A stretch of 63,860 bases of DNA, filler included, from Reclinomonas americana ATCC 50394 (lineage: Eukaryota): the NCBI GenBank assembly GCA_048213135.1. It is 6 parts of 4 records of this genome, joined end to end, with 100 filler letters (N's around TTAATTAATTAA, not from the genome) between each part and the next. Parts side by side here need not be neighbours in the genome. Positions count along the whole stretch, not along the records: positions 26,907 to 57,849 come from PS015268.1; 5 more parts are not named here. One strand, written 5' to 3'. Position numbers and translations under genes: made by a program. Numbering within the stretch: position 1 is the stretch's first letter; each line of letters starts with the position of its first letter. This document shows, piece by piece, positions 33,845 to 46,595 of the stretch. The notes under the pieces were generated by a model. It did not search any database. It was not told the origin of the DNA and saw only the letters and a program-made list of their open reading frames with translations.

Positions 33845-36800
33845 CTCCCTCCCCATCGCTGACTGTCTTTGTCTGCGCGTCTCTCTCTTGTGCTTGCATT
33901 CTCCCTCCTCCTCTCCTCACTAACTTTTAATTCTGTCTCTCTCTTCGCTCTCTCTCTCTCTCTCTTTCTTTCTCTTGTGCGTGCATCCCTCTCAACAATC
34001 GCTGACTGTCTTATCTGTGTGTCTCTGTTGTGCTTGCATTCTCCCTCTTCTCTCTACCTCTCCCTCCTCCTTCTTCCTCCTCCCTCCCCTTCTTTCCTCC
34101 CTCTCCCCCTCACCCTCTCCCTCTCCTCACCATATCTCCCCCTTTGGCGCAGATCTCGACACTTCCTTGCAGACAGGCTCGCAGTCGGCCATTTGGGTCA
34201 ACTGGACAACCCCCATCAACCAGGGCAACTCGCCACCTACCGAGTTTGGTGTCGACGTGACCGGCAATGGTGGCACCGCCAAGTACACTGTTGCGTCTTC
34301 GCGCTCCCCCTTTCCCTCCCTCTCCTCTTCTCTTCTCTGCTCACCCTCTCCTCCACCAACAGTGCTCGTCGGTCAACGCCATCCCAGCCAACGGCGGCCC
34401 TGCGACTGGTACCAACGGCTGCTACGGCATGATTCTGCGCTACTTTGACCAAAACATCCAAGAGGGCATGCAGTACACCATCGCTGTTGCGTCCCTTCTC
34501 CCCTCCTCTCCCACTCTCCCTCCTCCCTAATCTCATCTCTTCCCCACCGCCAACAGGCCTACTCGGTCAATGCGTACGGTGAGGGCGCCCGCACCACAAC
34601 GCAGACCGTGACGGTGCCGCTCGCCGGTACCCCGCGCCAGCCAACCAACCTGTCGATTAGCTACACGTCGGCCACCTCGTTTGTGATCTCGTTCTTCCCG
34701 CCGATCAGGCTCGGCCAGACTGGCTACGGGACCACCGGTAACACCGCCAACTTCAACCAGCTGCAGTCTCCCTACTTCCAGGTGCAGATCCGCAGCTCGA
34801 CTGGCAGCTCGTTGATGGCATGGACCCCGGTGACCTTCTACACTGAGACCATCGACGGCAACAACGCCAACGCAGCCGTCAACCCGTTCGACGACACATT
34901 CAGTGTGCCGTTCTCACAGCAGACGTGCGTGGTGTCTGGCACTGGCGCTGACGCCTCGTCTAGCCTACTGCAGCCGAGCACTGGCTACGTGGTGCGCGTG
35001 CGCGCTGTTGGCCAGTGGGGTTTTGGCCTGTGGAGCAATGTTGCGTCTGGGGGGAAATGGAGATACCAATGTCTGTGTACCGTGTGTGTAGGGAAAGCCC
35101 TGGCAGCTCTTCTCTCGTGTTCTCGTCGATAGTCGGCACGCGCCTCGCTCTTTTTTGTGTCTTGCGCTGAGAAGTGACTCATGTTTGCTCTGCAATCATG
35201 TTCCTTGACACCTCTCGTTTCTCCTTTTACTGTATTCGTGTCTCGCGTTGGAATGTGGCACACCTCCCTCCATTCTTCGTGTGATGACTCAAGTCTGCTG
35301 CGAAATCATGTTCCTTGACACCTCTCGTTTCTCCTTTGATGTCTGTAATACCTCTGGCGATACTGTAATCGTGTCTCGCGTTGGAATGTGGCACCCCTCT
35401 TTTCTCCTTTGTTGTCTGTAGTACCTCTGGCGATATTGTATTCGTGTCTCGCGTTGGAATGTGGCACACCTCCCTCCATTCTTTGTGTGACGACTCAAGT
35501 CTGCTGTGCAATCATGTTCCTTGACACCTCTCATTTGTATGTGCGTAGCAACTCACCGTACTTTCTCTCTCTCTCCCCTCTCTCTCTCCCCTCTCTCCCC
35601 CCTCCCCCTCCCCCTCCCCGTCCCTCCCTCCTCCCTCCCTCCTCCCTTCTCCTTGTCCTTCCTCGCAGGCCGCCACCGTAACCACCCAAGACGGCAAGCA
35701 GTCTCCAGGCAAGGTCTTGATCCCGAGGGCCGTGGCTGCGGCCTCTGACGGCGGTCTGATCTCGTGGATCACTCCTCAGCTGACTGGCGGTGCCATCACC
35801 GGCTGGAAGGTGGAGGCTGCGGCCTCTCACAATGGAGTTAATCCAATGTTCAACGCCTTTGGCGCCTCGTTCTCTGGCACGCCGGTGACCGATTCGGCCT
35901 TTGGCCGTGTGTCTGGTGGCCATATTCTGATCTCCAAGCTGGCGACGGCCAACGTCACCAAGTACCGCATCCGCGTGACTGCGCAGAGTGCCACTGGTGA
36001 CGGCACTGCTGCGCTCGATGCAACCGCGCAGCTTGAGCTCAACCTCCTCACCGCCGTCAACCCGACCCTTGGCACTGCCCCGGTGTTGGTGGCCTGCTGG
36101 GCGGTGACTGGCGGTACCAGCAGCACCAACTGCCTTGTCAATCTGACGGCCGCCACTGTCATAGGCCGCGGTGGCTTTGGTGCGACGCCGTACACGTTTT
36201 CGGCGAACGGCGTCGCCGGCGCCACCGGCGTCGTGTCGATGGGCCCGAGTGACCTCACTGGCACCATGACTTTCTCGCACACCATTGCCGCTGGAGGTGC
36301 GTCCGGCGCCGTGCAGCTTGTGGTCACCAACGGCAACAGTGGTACTGCCTCTGCTGACATTGCGGCCGCCACGTCGCTTGGCGTGACTGTCCCCACCAAC
36401 GCCGTCTGGTTCAACCGCTCTGGCACTGCCGTCACCACTGCTGCCGCATTTGTTACCGTCGGCAACAACTTTGTGGTGCTGTATGTCGGCTCGCCAACTC
36501 AGCGTGGTGTGGTGGCGACTGACGCCACTGACACTGGTTCGGTTGGTGGTGTGAGTGCCATTGGCTTTGTCGCCGGCACTACAGCTGCCAACAATGGCGC
36601 GTCGGCCACCGATATTGCTTACCTTGATGGAACCACCTCGACGACAGCCCTTACTGCTTCCAAGTTTGTGGTGGCCATTCGTGGCACAGCTCCCGCCAAC
36701 AATACCACCTTTGGCGTCAATTACACACTGACCAGTGGCGGCGCCGCTGCGCCCTTGTACTGCTGCTCGAGCAATGCCGCTCAGTCCAATGCCGCTGCTG

Positions 36801-39800
36801 GTGGCGTTCTCACGTTCACAAAGACGGCTGGCACTGGGTACCGCAAGGTATACAGCAACTGTGCCACGGTAAAAACTGGAGGCGGTGGCAACGACGCTCT
36901 CACTGTGAATGTGACTGTTGCTGCAAATGGTACCATCGCCGCTGTATCAATCGGCAACAACTCTGGCCTTGCGTATGCAAATAACAACACTTTTAAGATT
37001 CCCGGTGGTGCTAGTTGCTCCAGCGGTGGTGTCAGTCTGCCATCTCCAGCCTCTGGCAATCAGATCACTGTGACAGTCCAGTCGGTAGATATGAATGGTG
37101 CTGTCACTGGGCTTACGAACACATCCGGCGGTTCAGGATATGGTGTCTCGGCAACGTACAACGGTGCGGCCACTACTGGCGGCAACGGCAATGGGCTGAC
37201 CATGGACCTTACTGTCGATGCCACTGGTGTAGCGACGGCCGCCATCAACGTGCAAGGCACAAACTACGTTGCCAATGACACAATCGCTGTTACAACTCCT
37301 GCTGGTCTCGTCGGTGGCGGTGGTGGTTTTGCTGCGTACTCTGCCACTGTCAACACCGTCAACACTGTTGCCACCGCCTCTGGCGCCGGCAGCAACGTTG
37401 GTGTCCTCACCGCCGCCAACTCGATCAGCGTCATTGACATCACTGACACTTCGCTGACGTTTGTCATCAACATGACGGCCGGTGGGAAGTACGTTGCCAA
37501 CGCAGCCAACGTCAACGCCTCGTCCGCTGCCAGCGCCTACGCCTTCACTGCCACTGGCACTGCCAACGTGCGCGGTGTCGCCGTCACCTCGGGCCTCACC
37601 ACCACGGCCAACAGCAACCAGCCCGCTACTGCTCACCTCGACGGCTGGCAGGTCACCCTCTCTGGCCTCCTCCCCGGCCGCCTGTACTGGCCACAGGTGT
37701 CGCTCTCCGTAACGAATGCCGGCAGCACTAACTCTTCCGCCGCCGCCTCGCCGACTACTGACACTATTGTCAGTTTTTACACTGCCACCAGTTGCGCACA
37801 TTTTTCTCATTCTCTTGCTCACTGTCGCCAGTTGTTGAAAGTTTACACTTCTACTCTCTCTCTCTCCTCCCCCCTTCTTCATTCTTCCCCCAACGCAGCC
37901 CGCCCTCCTGCCGTCACCGCCGGCACCAACGCCATCTACTACATCGGCAGCACCCAGGCCACCATCTGGCTGCAGCTGCCGACCGACCTTGTCGGCCAAG
38001 GCGCTCTCTCGTCGCAGACTCCCGATGCCACTGCCAGCACCTTCCAGGACATCAACACCTCGCTAACTGTGCAGCAGATGACCAGCCTCGCCGCAGGCAC
38101 CACTGCCTACCGCCCGATCGGTGTTGGCGACGTGGGACCTAGCGGTACCATTACAGCCATCAACGTGTCGTCTGGCACGTGGCGCGGCTACACGATTGGC
38201 GCACTCGCCGCCGCTGACGCCACCACTGGCCAGGACTACACCATCAACGTGTGGACTGAGTCGCAGGTGAACCGCTCAATTGTACCCTGGAGCGGCACTC
38301 TGACCACCAGTGGATCTGACAACACCAAGGTGTCGACTGCGGCGCCGACGCTGTCGTCCAACCTGCGCTACGTCACGTCGACCTCGGCGTGGGTGGAGTG
38401 GGAGGGTGTGGCGGCCAATGTGGGCGTGATTGGCGGTGCTCCGTCGTGGTACGTCAAGTCGGACTGCGGCACCGGTGCGGTGACGGTGGTCACCAGCATT
38501 GCCGATCTGACCGACTTTAGCATTCCGGCCGGCAGCTCTGGTCTGTCGCGCAACCGCGTGCTCGTCAAGGTCACTGGCCTGACTGGCACCAGCTGCGCCA
38601 TCTCGACGGCCTACAACAACGGCAGTGGCACTCCGGGCGCCGATGGTGCCAACCTGACCTTCTCGACCGCCGTGACTGTGACCCTGGCGTCCGGTGCGCC
38701 GGCCACGCCGACTGGCTACACGGTCGCCCCGTACACTGGCTCTGTGGACCAGGTCACTTCGACATCGTTTGTCGTCGCCTTCAACTACCCGGCCACCTTT
38801 GGCTCGGGCGACACTGGCGCTGCGCCGACGGCCACTTTCACGGTGACCAATGCCAGCACTGACCAGCCTGCCATCACCACCGGCGCGACTGGCAACGGCA
38901 CGCTTAACACCTCGTTCTACGGCCTGTTTTCGTACAACTCTGGCTTCTACCAGCAGATTACCGGCTTCACTGTGAGCGACACCGCCAAAAACTTTGCGGC
39001 TGCGAAGCTATACACAGTCAAGGCTATCTTCACTGTCAACGGCACCGGCACTACTGCGTCGGCGGCCGGTTCCATCCAGGCCATCACCGACAACAACGGC
39101 TCCGTGCCGGCTGCGCCCACTGGTGTGGCGTACTCGCGCCTGTTCTCGACTGGCGTGCGCCTCAACTTCTCGACCCCGATCAGCGTCGGCGGCTCCAACA
39201 CTGCCACCTCGAGCGCCACGCAGGGCAACCTGACCACCCCGACTCCGAACTTGAGCGCCTTCCGTGTGGTGTACTATACCTACAACGTCTCGTCGGTGAC
39301 TGCGGCCACTGCCGGCTCTGCTGTTGCCATTGACACCAGCTCCATCCCGTCCACCAACGGCACTGGCGCTGCTGCGTCGTGGAACGCCAACCTGTCGACC
39401 TACTACATTGACGTGACTGGCCTGCCGGCTGGCACCTCGGTCTACGTGCGGATTTGCGCCAGCAACCAGTTCTCGATTGCCTTCCCGACGTCGCCCTTCA
39501 GCCCAGCTGGCACTGCCGCCAACCCAGTGACGTGCGCGTTCAGCACTGCGATCAACTTCACCACTCCGGCTGCCACCGGTGTCGTGCCGAACCCGCCGAC
39601 CAGCCTGGTCGTGACACAGTACGGCCTCGCCAACATCTTCCTGCAGTGGACGATTCCGCAGAGTTTTGGTTCCAACCCGGTGACGGTGTTCACTATCTTC
39701 CGCGGCCAGGGCAGCGCGACCCCGGTGTCTGTGGGCACGGTGACCCTGCCGGCTGGCTGGGCGACCGCCGCTGCTTACACTGCCGACACGACGCTGACGG

Positions 39801-42404
39801 CCAACACGTCGTACACGTATCGGGTGTACTCCACTGCTACGCTGACCAACTCGGCCACGGCTGCTGGTCCGATCACTCAGACCACTCACAACACCAGTTG
39901 CGTGGAGGGGGAAAGGAAGGAAGGGAGAAAGAGGGGAAAGGGGGGAAGGGTGTGCAGCTTGTGTGTGTAAAAGAGAGAGGAAAGGAATGTGTAACTGTAC
40001 AGCTTCCCTCGGTACGATATGCGGTGAAGGAGACCCGCCGCTCCTTGCTTTGTGCGGTTGTGTGTGCTGTGTGTTACGGGACAATGCCCCTCTTTGTGTG
40101 GAAATGAACTGTGTGTATGTACGTATGTGAAGGAGAGATATTAGAGGTTGCATCCGTGAGAAGGAGATAGGCTGTGGACCACTCCATTTGTCGAGTGTCT
40201 CATCCACCGCCTCCCTTCTCCCCCACCACACAGATGACGCACCGATTGCCCCGGCCGCCCCGACGCTGGCTGCTGGTATTGCGAACTCGCAGGGCACCAA
40301 CTCGAGCGCCGGCTGCGCTGCTGTGGCTGGTACCCTCGGTGTTGGCTTCTCTGGCAACTGCTACCAGGACACCATCACCAGCATCTCGTGGGCGTCGCCA
40401 ATTGGCATTGGTGGCACCTCGATCAACGGCTACATTGTCACGCAGAAAACTGGCAACTGCAACCGCACCTACACGTGGACGACGCTGACCAACAACTTCA
40501 ACTTCCCGACCATTCCGGGCAAGTCGTACACCTACGCCGTGCAGGCCACCAACACCCGCACGGACTCTGGCGTGACCTCGACGCAGAACGGTGCTCAGTC
40601 GGGCACTCTGTCGCAGACTGCCAACTCGATTGTGCGCCCGTACCCGCTGCCGGCTCTGACCACTGGCGGCTCGGCTGGCGCGACTGGCTCCGGCTACGCC
40701 ACCTTTACGCTGTCGACTCCGTCGACGGTCATCGGCACGCAGTACTCGCTCAACACCTCGGACGGCTTCGCGAACTTTGTCGGCGTGCAGCTGCTGGTGC
40801 AGAACCTGACCAACGTCACCTCGACCACTTTCGTGCCGGACAACTATGTGACCCAGCTCACTGGCTCGCTCGGCTCGACCACCTCGACGCTGCTGGTGAA
40901 TGGCCTGACCGCCAACACCAAGTACCGCGTTGGTGTGGCGTCGTTCAACGGCTACCAGACTGCTCGATCCGCGTCGGTGCTGACTATCACGACGGCCGCC
41001 TTGGCTGTGCGTCCTGGCGGCATCACGTCGCTGTCGTCGAACCTTCTGCTCAAGCGTTCGACCTCGATCTGGCTCAGCTGGGGACAGCCGCAGGAGACTG
41101 GCGGCCAGGGCTTCGTGACCCAGTGGCAGGTGTCGTGGCGCGCGGCTACGGCCAGCACGCTGACCCAGAACACCACCTCGGTGCAGCAGGCTGTGATCCG
41201 CGGCCTCACTGACGCCACCAACTACTTTATCGATGTGCGCGGCATCAACGGCATTGGCACGTCGACCACTCAGGCCACCTTCGGTGACGGCGTCCTTGGC
41301 AACGGCCTCAACAACAACGTGCTTACGGGCCAGGTGCCGAACGACCAGACCAACTTTGCGGTGACCAGCAACACTGGCACGGCGATTGCGTTCTCGTGGA
41401 CGACTGCCACTGGCGCGTCGACTGCCATCTCTGCCCAGTCGCTGACTGGTGCGTCGGGCACGACTGCGTCAAACCCGGCGGCGGCGGTGGGTGCCACCGA
41501 CACCACGGCGTCTGTGTCGGTGGTGAACGGCAACTTCTACCGCTTCTTCCTGAACGCGACCAACTCGATTGGCACGGGCAACAACTCGCTGTCGATCTAC
41601 ATCCAGGCGTCGCCGGTGACCACTGATGGCATTGTGCCGGCTGCTGGCACTCCATCGCTGGACTTCTACGCCGCCAACGAGTACCGCGTGTCGTGGACTG
41701 CGGTGGGCTCGGGCACGACTGCGGCCACCACCTACTACCTGGTGTACTGGCAGTGGACGACCCGCTTCCTGGCGTCGACTGGCAACCCGGCCGCCGCTGA
41801 TGGCCTGGGCCTGAATACTGCCACGCTCGGCAGCGGCACCAACCCGGCCATTGCCGGCACTTGTGTGCAGCTGTTCCAGACCATCAAGCCGTCGTCGCGC
41901 TACCGCATGGTGCTGATCGGTGGCAACACGGTCGGCCTCGGCCAGGGCTCACAGGGCGCCGCGGACAGGAACAACATTGGCACGCCGTCTCAGGGCACTC
42001 GGACACAGACGGGTCAGGCTGCCGCTCCGGCCGCGCCGATTCAGGGCGTCAGGACCGACACGTCGGTCACCATCAGCTTCTCGACACCGGCGTACACTGG
42101 TCTCGGTCTGATCACCAGCTATCAGATCCAGGTCTTCCCGGAGAACGGCGGCAACATGATGGTTGGGTACAAGAACGCCGCCGATTCGACGTCGTCGTCG
42201 TTGCCAGCCAGCTACACGTACACGTTAGTGAATTTGCAGCCTCATACACCGTACGTGGTGAACGTGCGGGCCATCAACTCGTACGGCCAGTCGATCCCGT
42301 CGGCCAACGTGCGTGTGTTGACGACTGGTGGTGCCGGTTTCGTGGTGACCTCGTCGCTGTGGACTGTGGTGCTGATGGCCATTGCCGCGTTGCTGGCGTT
42401 CTAA
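33418..42404 (+). CDS. Giant secreted, probably GPI-anchored fibronectin type III repeat surface glycoprotein (~2390 aa, T/A/S/G-rich)
   Basis: Eight exons (33418-33475, 33698-33778, 34153-34289, 34363-34485, 34557-35039, 35669-37790, 37899-39896, 40234-42404) total 7173 nt in frame. Signal peptide MRWLLCAVCLVHLGAVLFAA; many FN3 motifs (LQPSTGYVVRVRAVGQWGFG, LTANTKYRVGVASFNG, LQPHTPYVVNVRAINSYG); hydrophobic tail TTGGAGFVVTSSLWTVVLMAIAALLAF*. Confidence 0.9.
35185..35535 (+). repeat. Degenerate tandem repeats inside the FN3-gene intron 35040-35668
   Basis: ATCATGTTCCTTGACACCTCTC three times and GTGTCTCGCGTTGGAATGTGGCAC three times. Confidence 0.8.
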
Positions 42405-42988
42405 AAATGGAGAAGGGAACTGGAGGAGTCTGGTGATGATGCAGGAGTGGCGACAACCTAGGTTGTGATTTTGGTGGTGAGCGTGCGATGTTGTTTTTGT
42501 TTTGCTCCGTCGCGCTGCATCTGCTATTCCGTCTCTCTCTCGGGCATCGTGTTTTGATCATGTCGAGGGGGACAGAAAGGGAGCGAGAGAATGAGAAGGA
42601 TAGACAATGAGGGTTTAATTCAATTAGTGTTTGAGTCGAGAACGAGGTGCCTCGTGGCTCGTAATAACGTGCGCAGCGAACAGCTGTCGTTTTGTACGTG
42701 TGTGGCTGGTAATGAATAATGAGATTGATAAATGGGCGAAGGGTGGGTTGTGAATGCTATGACCACGGCTCAGACAAACATGCACAACCCGCACAGAATG
42801 TGCAACGATTGCCTTTTCACTTAATCATACACACTGCGAGAGAGAGAGAGAGACTTCTTCTTGCGTTTCTTGCGACCCTTGTGCTTTCAGCGGAACCCAT
42901 TACCGCACAGCAATATTACACACACATGATAAACATAGAGAAGGTAGGCACGCCCCAACAGCATGGGAAGGTCGTAAATGACACGCAC

Positions 42989-45278
42989 TCAAGCCGCCGG
43001 GCCACTCATGTACTTGTCGAGGAAGTCGAGCACCCGTCGCTGGTATTCTTCGCGGTTGACGTTGTAGACGCTGCAGTGTTGCGCGTTGGTGACAGTCCAC
43101 AGCTCCTGCATGGGTTTTGTAGATGAAGGCGGTGTGAGACTCTCTCAGACTCTGTCATTGACTGGCCACAGCACGACGTTACACTGATGTCCACTCACTT
43201 TCTCCTGTTAACCCAACTTGCATCTCACTTCCTCAATGCAACCTCTCACTGATTGAGCGTATGAGTGTGTGTGCTGTTATTTAACAGAGTGAGTCACGCT
43301 CGCACTCGCTCACTCGGCTGTTCTCAGTGTAACGTGCGTGTGAAGGCAAGTGTGTGCCACTCTCTATCACAGTGAGTCACGCTCTCTCTCATCTCCGTCC
43401 CTCTCTGTCGCTCACTCGGCTGCTCTCAGTGTCTGTATGTGAGAGTGTGTGCGTGTGCCACTCTCTATCACAGAGAGTCACGCTCTCTCTCATCTCCGTA
43501 CCTCTCTCCCACTCGCTCAGAGTAAGTGTGTGTGAAGGTAAGCGTGTGCCACTCTCTATCACAGAACACACACACTCCCTAATTCATGACACACAGCCGC
43601 CAGGCCACAGAGAAGACATCGTCACCCGAACACTCAGCGATTCTGGCCCTCTCTTCCTTCCCCTTTCCCTCACTCCTTCCCCTCCGCACACACACCTTAT
43701 TGGGAACGGTCGTCGGCGCCAACTTCATCAACCTCTCCGCGTGGTGATAAAACACCAGATCGTCCAACGTCGAATGGATCAGCAGCAGCGGCTGATGCAA
43801 GCGAGAAATGGCCTGATCGGCGTTCAGCACCTGTCCGAGACGCCAGTGCACCATGCGGTTGACGAGGCGCAGGAACCAGTCGGGAACGCGCAGCATTTGC
43901 GAGAAGTAGTCGATGACCTTCATGAAGGATGAGGTGGAGGTGGTCCACTGGGGGAAAGAGTTGGCCGTCATCTTGTTAAAGGGGAAGGGGAGGAGCAAGG
44001 GGAAGGGGTGTGAGAGGGGAAGGTGGAAAAGGGGGAAGGAGGGGAGGGCAGGAGAATGGTAAGTGGAAGGGGAAGTGGAAGGGGATGTGAAGGGGAAGTG
44101 AAGGGGAAGTGGAAGGGGAAGTGGAAGGGGAAGTGGAAGGGGAAGCAAAGAGGAGGCAAAGGGGAAGTGAAGGGGAAGTGNNNNNNNNNNNNNNNNNNNN
44201 GAGAGAGAGAGAGAGCGAGAGACAGGGGGTTGGAAAGAGACAAAATGAGAAGCGAGACGAAGCAAGAGATAGAAGAGATGAAGAAAGAGGATGGTACTAG
44301 AATAAGAGAAAGAGGGGAACAGATACAAACCCAGGGAAAGGGACACAGAAGAGAGAGAGGACGGGCGGAGAAAGATGGGGAGGGCGAATAAGTTCAAAAG
44401 AAAGAAAGACAGAGGGAGAGTGAGAGAGAGAGATGATTGGATGGAGAGGAGAGACAGAGAAACACGGAGAGATGATGAACGACTGGATGGCCGGAGAGTG
44501 ACAGAGAATGAGGGAATGAGAGCGGAAAGAGTGTGGCAAGTGACGAAACTTGCCGCCGATCATTTCCAGCGCCGTGCGTCAGAATTACAGCGCGGTCGCA
44601 CTTGTTCTGGGTGCATGGTACAAACCTGGAGCAAGAGGTGAGTGCCAAATGTGCAACATTCATCAAATAAAGAGACATGAAGCGCACCATGCAGAGAGCG
44701 ACATTTCCGGATCGTGACACGACTGCAGCTCCACGTCCTCGTACACCAGACCCAAGTCGGAGAGAGGGTCGCGCGTGTAAATGTAACCCTGGCGGCGCTC
44801 GGCCGTGATTCCTGCGGCAACGGTGAGGGGTGGGGGGGGGGGGGCAGGACGGACGGGGAGACAAAGAGGAGGAAGAGAGGGGGAGAGAGCAAGGGAACGG
44901 GAAGATGGCAGGCACAAGGAGATATGATGAGCAGCAGGGAGAAGTACAAATGGGAGGGAGGAATTTGGAAGGAACGAAGGCAGACAGAAAGTCAAACGCG
45001 GGAAGACGGTCAAGACACAAACTCATCACTCAACTGGCAAATTTGCCCGGCACCGTCGGAATCGCATGGAAAGGCGGATACATGACCATGGTCGCCACAT
45101 GGAACGCCATCAGCAGCGGTCCCACTACGGCCACCACGGCAAATGCGATTGCACATCGACACATGGAACAGCGCGGTGCCCAACTGCATGATCGACCTAA
45201 GGGGAAGAATGAAAGCGAAAACAATCATGAGTCAGTGATGGTGAAAGAGGAGGACAACGAGGAGGTAGAGGGGGAGAC

Positions 45279-45318
<40 letters not shown>

Positions 45319-46595
45319 AGCAACCGAAGTGATGATAATGAAGAAGAAGGGCAAGGGGAACGACAGCTAGAAGATAAGCGGGAGGAAGAGAGGACTCTAC
45401 GTAATATCGGCGCACAACAATCCACGGAAGTAGCAGACGAGCATGAAAGGGAAGAAGAACAAAAAGAAGGCGGTGGATTGCGACAAGGAGGAGAAAGGAA
45501 AGGGGAGGACTCTCCATTATATCGCCGCGCAGCTCATCAGTCACACAGACACGCACAGAGAGAGCACATGCAGCGGTGACAAAGAGCACAACGACGACAC
45601 ATGTGCAAGAAACGAGGAGAAGAACAAGAGGGAGAAGAAGACAGTGGAGGAGGAGAAAGAGAGCAAGAAGGAGAGGAAGACTAAGGACGAAGAAGAGTTG
45701 TAGAAGAGGGAGAACGAGAAGAAGAAGAAAAGAACAAGAAGATGGTCAATCGAGGAGGAGAAGAAATGATGAGGACAAAGAAGAACAAGAAGGAGAAGAA
45801 GACTGAGAAAGAGGGTGGGGGCAAGACAAAAAGAGAACGAGGACGACGAGGGAGTAGTGGAAAGCGAGAAGGAGCAGGAGGAATAGGAGGAGAAGGAGAA
45901 GAAGTAGAACAAAGAAAAGTTGATTGATTGATTGAGGAGAACAACAACAATGAGGGGAAGACTGAGAAAGAGGGCGGGGAGAGAACGAGGACAACGAGGG
46001 AGAAGTAACGAGAAGGGGGTATAACAAGAAGGATTGAAGGAGAGGAGAACGACAAGAAGAAGAACAAGAACAAGAACAAGAAGGCAAGCTGACTGAAGAG
46101 GAGGAGAAGGAGAAGAACAAGTAATTGATTGAGGAGGAGGAGGAGGAGGAGAACGAGGAGGAGGAGGAGGAGTGAGCAAGCGAGCTCAGGCTGTCTGAAG
46201 ATGCAAATATTCTCACTCGACATTGACCCGTGCATCAGTGAAACGCATCAGTGAACAAGCAACACACATACGCGCGGAAGACAACACGCAAGACACAAAC
46301 ACAGAGAGAGAAGAGAAAGAGAGAGCGTCAGTTTTCCGAGATATTCTCTCTGTTGTTTGTTTTTGCGGGGCACCAATATACTCAATCAGCACGCTCAAAT
46401 GCACACACAAAGAGACACGAGGCACGCGCAGTGTATAATACAGAGAGCAATACTATAATGAGAGAACGAGTGTGAGAGACAAGACAAAGACAAAGAGAGA
46501 GAGAGAGAGCGCGTAAACAAAGTCCGAGTTACTCTCTTCTTTTGTTCTCTCATCAAAGTCGCTCACTTACCGCGCAGAGGAGGACTCAGTGACAT
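42989..46595 (-). CDS. Alpha/beta-fold hydrolase with an N-terminal hydrophobic anchor; central nucleophile exon(s) missing in a gap
   Basis: Exons 46595-46571, 45196-45035, 44811-44688, 44625-44550, [gap], 43971-43696 and 43105-42989: LGLVYEDVEL..LSAWFVP..AVILTHGAG; PLLLIHSTLDDLV; LWTVTNAQHC..EEYQRRVLDFL. An extra upstream exon from the ATG at 46907 is possible. Confidence 0.8.

Noticed and set aside
34290-34362. Reading GTTGCG donors as GC-AG introns (GTT|GCG) or TT-start introns
   Set aside because: A TT start needs non-AG acceptors or creates a stop (60326-60328). A GC start is frame-compatible for GTTGCG but cannot explain GTTGAGT or GTTTCGT, and it adds a residue that breaks conserved spacing (NMKTLYE in NAA40, YTIAAYSVN in FN3). 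RNA data should still confirm this.
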